Part shown: positions 1 through 10,618 of the stretch, in pieces
Layout: the number at the start of each line of letters is the position of its first letter
How positions within the stretch are numbered: the stretch's first letter is position 1
From: Eledone cirrhosa
Taxonomy: Eukaryota
Direction of reading: 5' to 3'
Assembly: GCA_964016885.1 (NCBI GenBank)
Contig: OZ024749.1
Span: forward strand, 16,616,001-16,680,000
DNA length: 64,000 nucleotides
Program-made: the position numbers and the translations under genes
The notes under the pieces: generated by a model
What the model was told of the DNA's origin: nothing
Databases searched by the model: none
Seen by the model: only the letters and a program-made list of their open reading frames with translations

Positions 1-546
1 ATCAGATTAGCATGGGAGGGGGGTGTTCCGAGGCCATAGTATCCAGAATAAGGACAGGTTGGAAGAAGTTTAGGGAGCTGCTTTCTCTATTGACAAAGAA
101 GGGTTTCTCCCTGGATACGAAAGGACGGTTGTATGATGCCTGTGTGAGATGTGCAATGCTGCATGGTAGTAAGACATGGGCAGCAACTACAAAGGATATG
201 TGACGGTTGGAGAGAAATGAAGCATGCATGCTCCGTTGGATGTGCAATGTCAATGTGCGTGAACGACCAAGCATAGATGAGTTGAGAAAGAAACTGGGTA
301 TAAGAGGGATAAGTTGTGGTGTGCAGGAGAGAAGACTGAGATGGTATGGACATGCGATGTGCATGGAGGATGACCGCTGGGTAAAGATGTGCCAAGAAAT
401 CCCAGCAGAAGGAAGACGCAGAAGAGGTAGACCACGAAAAACATGGGCGGAGGTGGTGAGAGAAGACATCAGATCGCTGAAATTCACCGAGAAGATGACG
501 GAGAACCGTGACAACTGGAGAGATGGTTTCAACAAGATTGGGTGGT
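1..546 (+). mobile_element. RTE-clade LINE, 3' coding fragment (degenerate)
   Basis: Translation gives SRIRTGWKKFRELL..KGRLYDACVRCAMLHGSKTW*..MLRWMC..RRLRWYGH..RGRPRKTW, the RTE ORF C-terminus, with an internal stop at 201-203. Confidence 0.9.
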
Positions 547-644
547 GAAAGTTATAGTTTTTGTAGTAGAATCTCATCACATACTTATATCTAATCACAT
601 AAGGTTCCTTCAAAGACTCTTCTAGAGTTACAAAGTCATTTATA

Positions 645-945
645 TATATTGTGTGTTTTGAACAATGAAAATAAAACTAGAGACAAAGATATGTTCTTAA
701 TTAGTTCATTGTTTTACGATCATTTCAGAGGTTTGATTGATCATGGTAGATTAATATATTGACAAACAGGTAGTTGTTATGTCACTAACTATTTCTAGTC
801 TCAAAATCCCTGCTCAATCACAACGTATCAATATATTGATTTACCATGATCAATCAACCCCCTGAACTGATTGTAAAACAATGAACCATATCTCAGACTT
901 TTGTTTTATTTTCAATGTTCAATACCCACAAACACACATATATAA
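645..945. repeat. Diverged inverted repeat (fold-back)
   Basis: 704-762 is the approximate reverse complement of 828-886. Outer arms ttgaacaatgaaaataaaac and gttttattttcaatgttcaa also pair. Confidence 0.75.
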
Positions 946-974
946 TTGACAATTTCTTTGGAATAATTGATAAG

Positions 975-1540
975 ACTCGTAGCTGGAACAAAGTACCAGC
1001 CAGACAGAGGGTGACCTAGTGGTGAAACAGCACAGTAGATAGAGCTATTAACTTACATTACTCTATATTTACTATATATTTTCATGGTAAAGTTTTTATC
1101 TCACATAATATTGAATCTATGAGACTTTGATATTACTTATTTTGAGGACAATACATTAACATCAATATGAGCTGCGAGTTACAGCCGGTTTGAACAGAAA
1201 GAGGTGAAAGAATTCTGGCTGGATACGGCCAGTTTAAATGCTAAAGGGTTAAAGATAAGTGACAGGCATGGAAAGACTGGAAAAATAGGGGTATCAGACC
1301 AGGACCAGGTAGCTAAGAGAGAAGCTAAAAGACAGGTATACATAACAGAGAGAGAGGCTGAAAAAGAAAGCTTGCCATTGTCTTGAGATGTGAGAATCAG
1401 AGGTGTGAAGTGTTCCACATTGCAAGACAGGGAAAGGTGTGTTAGAAATGACACTGGTACACTTAGCACCACTGATGCTAAAAAAAATGAGGCCTGGAAA
1501 TGTTACTATGAGAGATTGATGAATGTAGAGAATAAATTAA
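975..1540 (+). mobile_element. RTE LINE fragment (endonuclease-RT linker), interrupted by a TTAA-inserted element
   Basis: RVT*W*NSTVDRAIK, AKREAKRQVY and EAWKCYYERLMNVEN match the RTE copies at 31.3-31.7 kb and 36.2-36.5 kb. Confidence 0.8.
1052..1248 (-). mobile_element. Short non-autonomous TTAA-targeting (piggyBac-like) element, single-monomer form
   Basis: Flanked by TTAA at 1048-1051 and 1249-1252; removing it restores the RTE sequence gatagagctaTTAAagataag. Minus-strand start is TTAA-CCCTTT. Homologous to 12245ff, 26745ff and 48026ff. Confidence 0.7.
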
Positions 1541-1624
1541 GAAGCAATCCTAGACTTTTGTTTTATGTTCATTGTTCAACACATACACATATAAATGACA
1601 TTCTCTTTGGAATTAATGATGAAA

Positions 1625-2634
1625 CTTGTTAGTGACACAACTACAAGAGAGGTTCCTAGCCAAGATTAAGCTGCAATGTTTAGCTTTTATAGATCTAGAA
1701 AAGGCCTTTGGCAGAGTACCTTACTCTGTTATCTGGTGGTCCTTCAGAAAATTAGGTGAAGAATGGCTTGTGAAAGCAGTGGAACTGTCAGTAAAGTGAG
1801 AGTAGGAAGGGAGTTTAGTGAAGAATTCAATGTACAGGTAGGTGTTCATCATGGTTCAGTTCACAACCCACTGCTATTCATCATAGTTCTCCAGACCATA
1901 ACTAATGAGATTAAGACTGGCTGTTCACGGGAAACAGTCTATGTGAATGATCTGGTCCTTATAGCTGACTCCATAAAAGAACTAGAGAATAAGTGACCCT
2001 ACTGCATATGTAGAAAAGGAGTAGGCATAAACTGTACACAATGATAACTTCCGCTATCTAGGTAACCGAATTAGCTGTGGAGGAGGGTGCTTCGTAAGAG
2101 AGGAAAGGATTGGAGTTTAGAGAGCTACTTCCACTGTTGGCAAATAAAGGTTTCTCCTTATGTTGGCTGTACAATGCCTGTGTGTAAAGTGCAATACTGC
2201 ATGGAAGTGAAACATGAGCAGTAACTGCAGAAGACATGCATAAGCTGGAGAGAAATGGAGCAACCGTGCTTCGTTGGATGTGCAACGTAAATGTGACAGG
2301 AAGGCAGAGCTTGGATAAAATAAGGAAGAAGTTGGACTTCAGAGGAAACCAAAGTGGTGTGCAAGGAAGAAGGCTGCTTTGGTACGGATATGTGATAAGC
2401 ATGGATGGTGATCGCTGGTTAAAGAAGTGCCACGGAATACCAGAAGAGGGAAGCCATACTAGAGGTAAACCAAGGAAGACCAGGGTAGATGTGGTGAGAG
2501 CTGATCTCAAAATGCTGAGACTTGCAGAGGAGATGACGAAAGAACAAGCGAGTGGGGAGTTGTTATGCTTAAAGGACCCATCCAAAACCATGCCAAGATT
2601 GAAAAACGGACGTAAAACTATGATGATGATGTAG
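1625..2634 (+). mobile_element. RTE LINE RT/C-terminal fragment with (ATG)n tail (duplication-unit block, copy 1)
   Basis: DLEKAF, GVHHGS..PLLF, YVNDL and LRWMC..WYGYV motifs, ending in atgatgatg. Paralogs at 24.78-25.57, 43.23-43.96 and 62.02-62.34 kb. Confidence 0.85.
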
Positions 2635-3354
2635 ATGAAGTAAATTAAATCAACATAGATTTAGACTAAAACGAACAAAACTTCCCTGAAACAATAACAA
2701 GTACAGCTAAATATAAAATATATTTTTTAATGTAAGGTAGTGAACCACATAATTAAATAGACGGAGGTATTTTAAATAATAAATATATCTTTAATTTACT
2801 TAAAGCAATAACCAGGTACAGCTCAATATAAAATATATTTTATAATGTAAGGTAGTGAACAAGATAATTAAATAGACGGAGGTATTTTAAATAATAAAGA
2901 CAGTCATGACAACAATATATTTTATATCACATGTAACAGTGGAATCTGGTTAATTACTGGATCGTTGTAAGGTTCACATAATTATATTATTTACACACAT
3001 TAATATAGACATTAAGTAAATTTTTGTCAACTTACCTCCTTGAGATATAATCAATGTGTTGCGTTGTTAGGTTTTACTAAACAACCAAAGAAATAATCTC
3101 TTTGTTATAAAATTAGAAGTTTCAAAGATGTTATCAGCTTTATTTCACGACATTAACGTTGGTTTATCTTCTTTATCTTTAGTCATAAATTGATATATTG
3201 TCAGAATGAAGTAGTGAGGCTGACTTTATGTCTTTAGCTACAGATTTGATAGGAAATATATATATATATCAGGTTAATATGTGGTCTAAAATATATATAT
3301 ATTGTCTATAAATGACTGATAGCAGATGTTCTGGTGAAATAGTAGTTTTACTAC

Positions 3355-3633
3355 TGTGGGTATGGTGTGGCGTGCGGTGGCCGGGGGCGGGGGAGTGCTC
3401 GACTGGAAGGGGTTTTTGAGTGCTCGACCGGAAGGGGTCTTTGACCAGAAGGATGCTCGACCGGAAGGGCCAGGAGAGGGCCTCTCTCTAGTGGTGACCA
3501 GCATACGGTGAGGACGTGTTTTTGGGCAGCTCCCGGTGTTAAGCAGTCGGACGCACGTGGAAGAGGAGTACCTGCAGTAGAATTTAGCGGCGCCTGTGAA
3601 AAGCGGTAAGTGAGGTAGCTTTTTCTAACCACA
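3355..3633 (+). repeat. 5' LTR (279 bp)
   Basis: Starts TGTGG and ends CCACA. Differs from 7076-7357 by about 5 substitutions and a 3-nt G-run indel. Confidence 0.95.
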
Positions 3634-3708
3634 AGCTATTTCGGCGACTGAAAAAAAAAAAAAAAAAAAAAAAAAAAAGAAAACACTTGCCGCAAAACAA
3701 ATCAGAAG

Positions 3709-4470
3709 ATGGCGACAAGACTACGGATGAACGAAGCTATCAGGCCATTCACCGGGGAAGGTGATGTTGTCGCTTGGCTGCGGAAGGTTCGGCTGGTCGC
3801 GGGCTTGCAGAAGATAGAAGACGTGGCCGGTTTCATTGCATTGTACCTCGAGGGCGACGCGTTGGTACTCTTCCTTGAGTTGGACCACCACAGTCAAAGA
3901 GATGTGCAGAAGATTGAGAGGCGTCTGATGGATGCATTCGCCGAGGGACCGTTGGCGGCTTTTGCTAAGCTGGCGAGAATCAGGTGGAATGGTGAGCGCG
4001 TCGACATTTTCGCAGCGGAAATAAGGCGGTTGGCTATGTTGGCTGGTTACCAGGCGGAATGCGAACGCACGGTGCGGTTGGCATTCATCAATGGATTTCC
4101 GGACGACATAGCGGTGAAACTGCAGCAAGTCCCGGGGTACAAGGAGATGGAAATGCGTTCACTGGTCGAACAAGCCCGGATCATAGCGGAAGATGCCAAA
4201 AAGAGTGTCGCGGCGATAGCAACTACGGAGGCTCAGGACACCTGGCAGCGAAATAGTCGAAGGGAGGCAACCTCGGCACGCGGCCGTTCGCGAGAATTTA
4301 GAGGCCGCTGTTTTAGATGTCACGGCCCGCATATGGCTAGAGACTGTAGAGAGTCGAAGCCGGATATAATTTGCTACCGGTGTAAGCGACCAGGCCACAT
4401 CGCTACTAACTGCGACCAGGGAAACGATCCAAGGGGAACTACTGCGCCGGTAGTTGCCCCTTACGAGTAG
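3709..4470 (+). CDS. gag: Gag-like protein with two zinc knuckles
   Basis: 253-aa ORF with CFRCHGPHMARDC and CYRCKRPGHIATNC knuckles near the C-terminus. Confidence 0.9.
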   Translation: MATRLRMNEAIRPFTGEGDVVAWLRKVRLVAGLQKIEDVAGFIALYLEGDALVLFLELDHHSQRDVQKIERRLMDAFAEGPLAAFAKLARIRWNGERVDIFAAEIRRLAMLAGYQAECERTVRLAFINGFPDDIAVKLQQVPGYKEMEMRSLVEQARIIAEDAKKSVAAIATTEAQDTWQRNSRREATSARGRSREFRGRCFRCHGPHMARDCRESKPDIICYRCKRPGHIATNCDQGNDPRGTTAPVVAPYE

Positions 4471-4476
4471 CGGCGC
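4419..4476 (+). promoter_or_regulatory. Programmed -1 ribosomal frameshift signal (slippery heptamer plus H-type pseudoknot)
   Basis: G GGA AAC in the gag frame (4419-4425), a 5-nt spacer, then stem AAGGGGAACTAC/GTAGTT(G)CCCCTT. Loop GCGCCG is complementary to CGGCGC at 4471-4476. Pol is in the -1 frame and open from the slip site. Confidence 0.85.
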
Positions 4477-7063
4477 TGCCCATGGTGGAAGTCTTCGTGA
4501 GGGGGAAGCCACAGCGAGCCCTCGTGGATACGGGCTGTACGACGACACTGGTGACCGCGGGGGTGGCGCAGAGGTGGGGAGGGAAGAGCAGCGTAAGGGC
4601 AGTCGACGGCAGGAAAATTGAATGCCGAGGTCGCAGCGAGATGGAAATAGCGGTACGGGGAAGGACGATAAGGCTTTCCGCCATCGTGGTAGACAGTGTG
4701 GTGGATGGGATCGGCGTGGTTATGGGCATGGACGCGATTGGCCGTCTAGGGGGCGTCACGGTGAACAATGTCGGTGTGTCATTTGGCGCCGCTGCATCAG
4801 TATGCGCTGTGAGTGCACGTCATGAGAACCAGAAGGCCCACGAGGAGCAATACCCCGCTTACACTGTACAGGACAAGGACTTCAAGGCCGTGTTTGATGG
4901 GCAGCGATGGGTTGTTGAGTGGTACTGGAAGGGAGAACCACCAACACTGAAGACCAAAGTGGGCTGTTATCAACACACATTGAAGGGAAACGCTAGGGGC
5001 GAGTTCGAGCGAGAAGTAGAGAGATGGATCGAAGAGGGCATACTGCTTCCCTGGAAGGAGGAGGTGAAGTGCGGAGTATTGCCGTTGATGGCGGTGGTGC
5101 AACCCACGAAGAGCAAGGTGAGGCCGGTGCTGGACTATCAAGAGCTGAACGAGCACGTGTCATGCTACACGGGTGGCGAGGTCACGGATGTCTGTGGGGA
5201 AACCCTGCGTGAGTGGAGACGCATGACGGGGGGTTCAGCGATCGTGGATCTAAAGTCGGCTTACTTGCAGTTGCATATAGATGAGAAGCTCTGGCGGTAT
5301 CAGCTGGTCAGGTATAAGGGCCAGACATATTGCCTGACCAGGCTCGGTTTCGGGCTGAGCTCCGCACCGAAGATCATGGCGGCGGTCCTCAAGACCGCTC
5401 TGGGGAAGGCCGACAAGATAAAGAGGGCTACTAACTCCTACATTGACGACATCCTAGTGGACGAGTCGGTGGTGTCGACGGCGGAGGTCACGAGCCATTT
5501 GCGGAGGTATGGACTGACTGCGAAGCCATCAGAAGCATTGGAGGGAGGAGCCGCGCTGGGACTTAGGCTACGGCGAGATAAGACAGGCGTTTTGGTGTTC
5601 CAGAGGGGAAACGAAGTTCCGGAACTGGGCCCAAGTATGAATAGGCGGGAGCTTTTCTCGGTGTGTGGAAAGCTGGTGGGTCACTACCCGATCGCTGGGT
5701 GGCTCCGGACGGCATGCAGCTATGTCAAGAGACGAGTGGGAGGGGTGACTTGGAGTGACAGAGTGGGAGAGAGAACGGTGGCCATGATGCAGGAGATCGT
5801 GGGGAGGGTGAAGGCCGACGACCCAGTGCGGGGACGCTGGTACGTTCCCAAATCACGGAGCGGGACCGTATGGTGCGATGCCAGCAGCATAGCGCTGGGT
5901 GTCACGTTGGAGATAGGAGGTGTTGAGGTCGAGGATGCAGCCTGGCTTAGAAAGGACGACTGCAGCCACATCAATGTGGCCGAGCTGGACGCGGTGTTGA
6001 GAGGGGTGAACCTCGCCCTGCGGTGGGGGCTGCGCACCATCGAGATACGCACCGACTCGGCTGGGTAAGATCAGTGCTCACCAGTGAGAAGAGAGTGCGA
6101 ACGAGAGGCGCGGCGGAGATGCTGATAAAGCGCCGCCTGGGAACGTTAGGAGAGCTGGCCACCGAGTTCGACCTGAGGCTGAGCGTAGTGTTCGTGCCCT
6201 CAGAGAAAAATAGGGCGGACATCTTAACTAGAGTGAAGAAAGCCTGGATGGAAGCGCCGGAGGAGGTAGAGGATGAGATAGCTGCCGTGTGTCGGCTGAC
6301 CGAGTTAGACCGGCAGGGAACGTACCTCTCGATGGTCGACTGTGGACCAGGACGGATGGCGATATGGAGGGAGATGAAGACTGGAACGGCCGAGGAAATC
6401 GTGCGGACGTTGAGAGAGGTGTTCTTGGAGCGGGGCCCTGTGGATGAACTGCTGATGGACAACAGCGCAGCGTTCCGCTCGGAGGCACTGAGGGAGATGC
6501 TCGATGGATGGAAGGTGGACCGTTTCTTCAGAGCGGCGCACAGGCCGAGCGGGAATGGAATCGTGGAGCGACACCACCGGATGATCAAGGCAATGGCGGA
6601 GCGGGGCCATATCTCACCAATGGAGGCAGTGTTCTGGTACAATATGTCCCCTCGGGTTGGACAGGTCGAGGAATCGGTGCCACATAGAGCAGTATTCAAA
6701 TACGAGTGGCGGCACCCGTGCACACCACCACAACGGCCAGTGGGGAGAGAAAGTGCATTCGTGCAGGTGGGCGAAGAAGTCTGGGTTAAGCCCCCAGATG
6801 CACGGTGCACATCTCAATGGGGAAGGGGAACGGTGACGGCCGTAAATTCAAAGAACAATGTGTCCGTGGACGGGGTACCACGTCATGTCCTGGATGTAAG
6901 AAGAATCACTGTGTCGACGGACTCCGAGGAAGAGGAAACCCAAGATGAGGTGGAAACCCAGAGCCCTGCCCCAATACTACGAAGATCGCAACGAAGTCGT
7001 AGACCACCGACCTGGACGGCAGACTTTCATATGCAGAGGGACGAGGGGGAAATTGATCCTTGA
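4422..7063 (+). pseudogene. pol: Pol (aspartic protease, RT, RNase H, integrase) with a frameshift near 6060 and apparent loss of the integrase N-terminus
   Basis: ALVDTG (PR); DLKSAYLQ, RLGFGL and YIDD (RT); WCDAS..HINVAEL..IRTDS (RH); LMDN-35aa-E (IN). Split over ORFs 4482-6068 and 6023-7063. No HHCC motif is visible. Confidence 0.88.
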
Positions 7064-7075
7064 GATCAGGGGACG

Positions 7076-7357
7076 TGTGGGTATGGTGTGGCGTGCGGTG
7101 GCCGGGGGAGGGGGGGGAGTGCTCGACCGGAAGGGGTTTTTGAGTGCTCGACCGGAAGGGGTCTTTGACCGGAAGGATGCTCGACCGGAAGGGCCAGGAG
7201 AGGGCCTCTCTCTAGTGGTGACCAGCATACGGTGAGGACGTGTTTTGGGGCAGCTCCCGGTGTTAAGCAGTCGGACGCACGTGGAAGAGGAGTACCTGCA
7301 GTGGAATTTAGCGGCGCCTGTGAAAAGCGGTAAGTGAGGTAGCTTTTTCTAACCACA
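7076..7357 (+). repeat. 3' LTR (282 bp)
   Basis: Direct repeat of 3355-3633, preceded by purine-rich gagatcaggggacg. Confidence 0.95.
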
Positions 7358-7448
7358 GGTGAAATAGTAGTTTTACTACTACAGATTGTAATGGAACTCT
7401 TAGTAGACACAATTGTAAAGTAAAGGAATTAGAAACAGTTTTATCAAA

Positions 7449-7875
7449 ATTTATTTCCTTATATTATCAGCAGAAGTTGGTATGTCACCCAAAGTTCGCT
7501 TTGTATGTTCCCGAATAGCAGTGAATTTTGATAAAACTGTTTCTAATTCCTTCTCCACAGTAAGACTATATCCATGTGTAGTTGAAGAGGATAAGTATGA
7601 AAGAACAGTCATTTAAATTTACAGATGGACAGATGTGGTGTTTGGCAGGGTTTGAGATATATAGAAAAATAATTATTTACAGAAAAAGAAAATAATAATA
7701 AAGAATTATTATAATTTTTTTAAAGATTTATATCTTTTGGACTACACATGGATATTTGTCTTACTGTGGAGAAGGAATTAGAAACAGTTTTATCAAAATT
7801 CACTGCTACTCGGGAACATACAAAGCGAACTTTGGGTGACATACCAACTTCTGTTGATAATATAAGGAAATAAAT
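7449..7875. repeat. Inverted repeat with about 134-bp arms
   Basis: 7449-7582 is the near-exact reverse complement of 7741-7875. A 29-nt piece is present a third time at 7423-7451. Confidence 0.85.
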
Positions 7876-9434
7876 CAGTGAAGGTATTTATTACATTTTG
7901 ATTGCATTTTTATTACAACCACTAATACTTACCATTATACCGAGGGACCCTGCCCGTTCGGGAAAAGCTCTACAGACACGGATTCCGGGACGGAAACCCC
8001 TTGGAAAAGAAATGTCCCAGATGCGTTTGCAACGAGGAAACTGTGGGGATATGTCGCCGGCCAACAAATGGTCCTCTTCTTCCGATACCACTTCGAAAGA
8101 AGGATCAAGGTGGAGAAAAAGGCACTCAGTCCCAGCCAATTCCATGAAAGATGGGTGAAAGTAGCAATAATGGCCCGTGTAAGGGGGCCATCTCTCTATA
8201 TCGGCTTGTACAGGTAAGAAAAGGGAGCACCCCCTCTCTCTGTGCTCCCTGGCAGAAAGGTCGCACACTTTCTACGGGGGTGTGTGTGACCCCAAAAGGC
8301 TAATAAATCGCAAAAAAACAAACAAACAAACAAAAAAGGGGCAAATAAAGAAATCTATGCCCCAGTGGCAAATAAATCGCAAAAAAAAAAACAATAAATA
8401 AATCTATATTTCTTTTAACGGCTAAAAAAAGGGGAATGTAAATTTGTTGGAATTGCCTCATACATTGAAGTAAGCGGCATTTAGGCCGCTAAAATTGGAT
8501 ATCGCCGAAAATTGTGTATATATATATCCCACCATATGTCCATAATCGGCAGGATGGTGTGGATTTTTATTTTTTGTGTTCTTCTACCCATGTACGTAGG
8601 GTAGAATGTGTATGCGGTGGATGTGATTGGTTTGATGGACAGTTTCACTGCTGTGTCCCTGTCCTTCATGAGAATGGATAGACTCCCGTAGAGTCTATCC
8701 TTCTGAATGAAGGTGATGTCCTTCAATTGTTACACAAGAGATATAATTAGATTAATTAAAGTTATAATGAAGACAGCAGTACTCGGTGTCGTTGGGAATG
8801 TTTCAACTCTCGTACCGGTGTCATACGTTAAAAGTCTCTGATATAATTTAATACATTCAGACAATTCCAATCGTATTTAATCGATAGTAAATCAGAAAGT
8901 ATCACTCAGTAAAATATCAATTATATATCAATAAGAAAACCTCTACGTAGTCTCTCTAACTGCTAGAAATAGCAGTGATATTATCCATTACAACTTAGTT
9001 TTTTGTTTAAAATCTCCAAAGTTTAGTTATATAATCAACAGCAAATCTTTTGTACAGACTTCGGAATAAACTGGAAGACCGTCAGAATATCATTCTCCCT
9101 CTTATATATATATATATATATAAATTAGCGAGAATCGTATTTCAACTCAAGAATTAACGAAAAACAACTTCCGAGATGTGTGGCAAGCGCTCGATGATTC
9201 ATATGAATCAGAGCTACAACATACGTTAAAGGCCAAACACACTGAGAAACGACCAAGTAATTCGGGTCAAACAATAAAAATATATGTGATTATATATATA
9301 TATACATTTAGCTTTGTTGGTTCACCACTGGTAGAACTAGTCATTCCGTATTGTCAACCTTGATGTAATATTAGGGAGAGCACTCGACGTAATCCTATAT
9401 TTCAGGTTATTGTTATCATGACTCTTTATTATTT

Positions 9435-9810
9435 GGGACGCCAAGTTTTCCAGCAGAGTTACGTCCCTTTACGGTCTGAGTTCAAATCCTGTCGACGTTA
9501 ACTTTCATCCTTACGGGGTTGATAAATTAAAGTACCAGTAATTAAAGTACCTTATGCCAAAAGTAGAAACAATTATTTAAAATACCTCGGGCGATGGATT
9601 GGCAGTATTGGTAGAGGGTCGGACGCCATGCTTTGAAGCATAGAGTTACCTCCCTTTATGATCTGAGTTGAAATCTCGCCGAGGTTAACTTTGCCTTTCA
9701 TCCTTACGCGGTCGATAAAATAAAGTACCAGTCACGCGCTGGGGGTCGATTTAATAGACTTTCCCCTCCCCCCAAATTGCAGGCCTTGTGCCTATATAAG
9801 AAGCCATTAT
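9435..9810 (+). mobile_element. tRNA-derived SINE with Nin/Deu-like central domain (truncated copy 9435-9577 plus full copy 9589-9810)
   Basis: A-box-like tggcagtattgg, B-box-like gagttcaaatcc and central ctttcatccttacggggtcgataaaataaagtaccag. Other copies at 12718-12828(-), 41825-42005 and 45353-45727. Confidence 0.8.
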
Positions 9811-10547
9811 AACTTTAATTAATCTAATTATATCTCTTGGGTAACAATTATATATATATATATATATATACACAATGTTGTCTCCCCTACATCAGTCTTA
9901 CACTGTCATATCTATTCTTACTTTACAAGTGTGTCTAAGAGTTCCATTACAATCTAGTAGTAAAACTACTATTTCACCAGAACATCTGCTATCAGTCATT
10001 TATGTATATACATATATATATGTATATAAAAGCTAAACAGAAATAACAACACAATCGGTACAGTATATGGAAGGGATATATTAGGTTAACACTTGATATA
10101 GCAGGAAGAGGGTCTTAACTTTTTGGACTCTAGTCCTTCATCAGAAGAAAGAATGAGAAATAAAATAGATTGAGAGGACGGGCGCGTTGGAATTGGAAAA
10201 AATGTCTTTAGCTAAAAAATGTCTATGTAATGTAATATAATACAGCCAAAAGGGCAGATAATGGGAAAATACTTTGAAAGGAAGTTGACCCTGAAATGGG
10301 AATATAAATGGAATAAAATAAGTTTCGAGTAAGTCGGAGCAGGTGTTCCCGCGATATGGGGTTTCTGGGGTACCTTCATAAATAGAGAGAGAGAGAGATA
10401 GAGAGGAAGAGAGAGTAGTTGTGACAGAATAGATTGAAAGAGAGACATAGAGAGACGAAGAGAGAGAGGGAGCTGGCGGTGTTGTGTATATCTATATATA
10501 TGTGAGTGTGTGTCTATGACCAGTATATATAGATCACAGACACCCAC

Positions 10548-10582
<35 letters not shown>

Positions 10583-10618
10583 TACATATATATATGTATA
10601 TACACACACACATTTATA

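Larger units (their letters stand above)
3355..7357 (+). mobile_element. LTR retrotransposon with Gypsy-like domain order (gag; PR-RT-RH-IN), two LTRs, internally damaged
   Basis: Two near-identical TGTGG...CCACA LTRs, gag with zinc knuckles, pol motifs, a purine-rich tract before the 3' LTR and a flanking 22-bp duplication. Visibly GC/CpG-rich compared with the flanks. Confidence 0.95.

Noticed and set aside
5971-6810. Long antisense ORFs over the LTR element and LINEs (for example 279 aa here, and 2-613)
   Set aside because: These are shadow frames of GC-rich or codon-biased TE coding sequence with no recognisable motifs.
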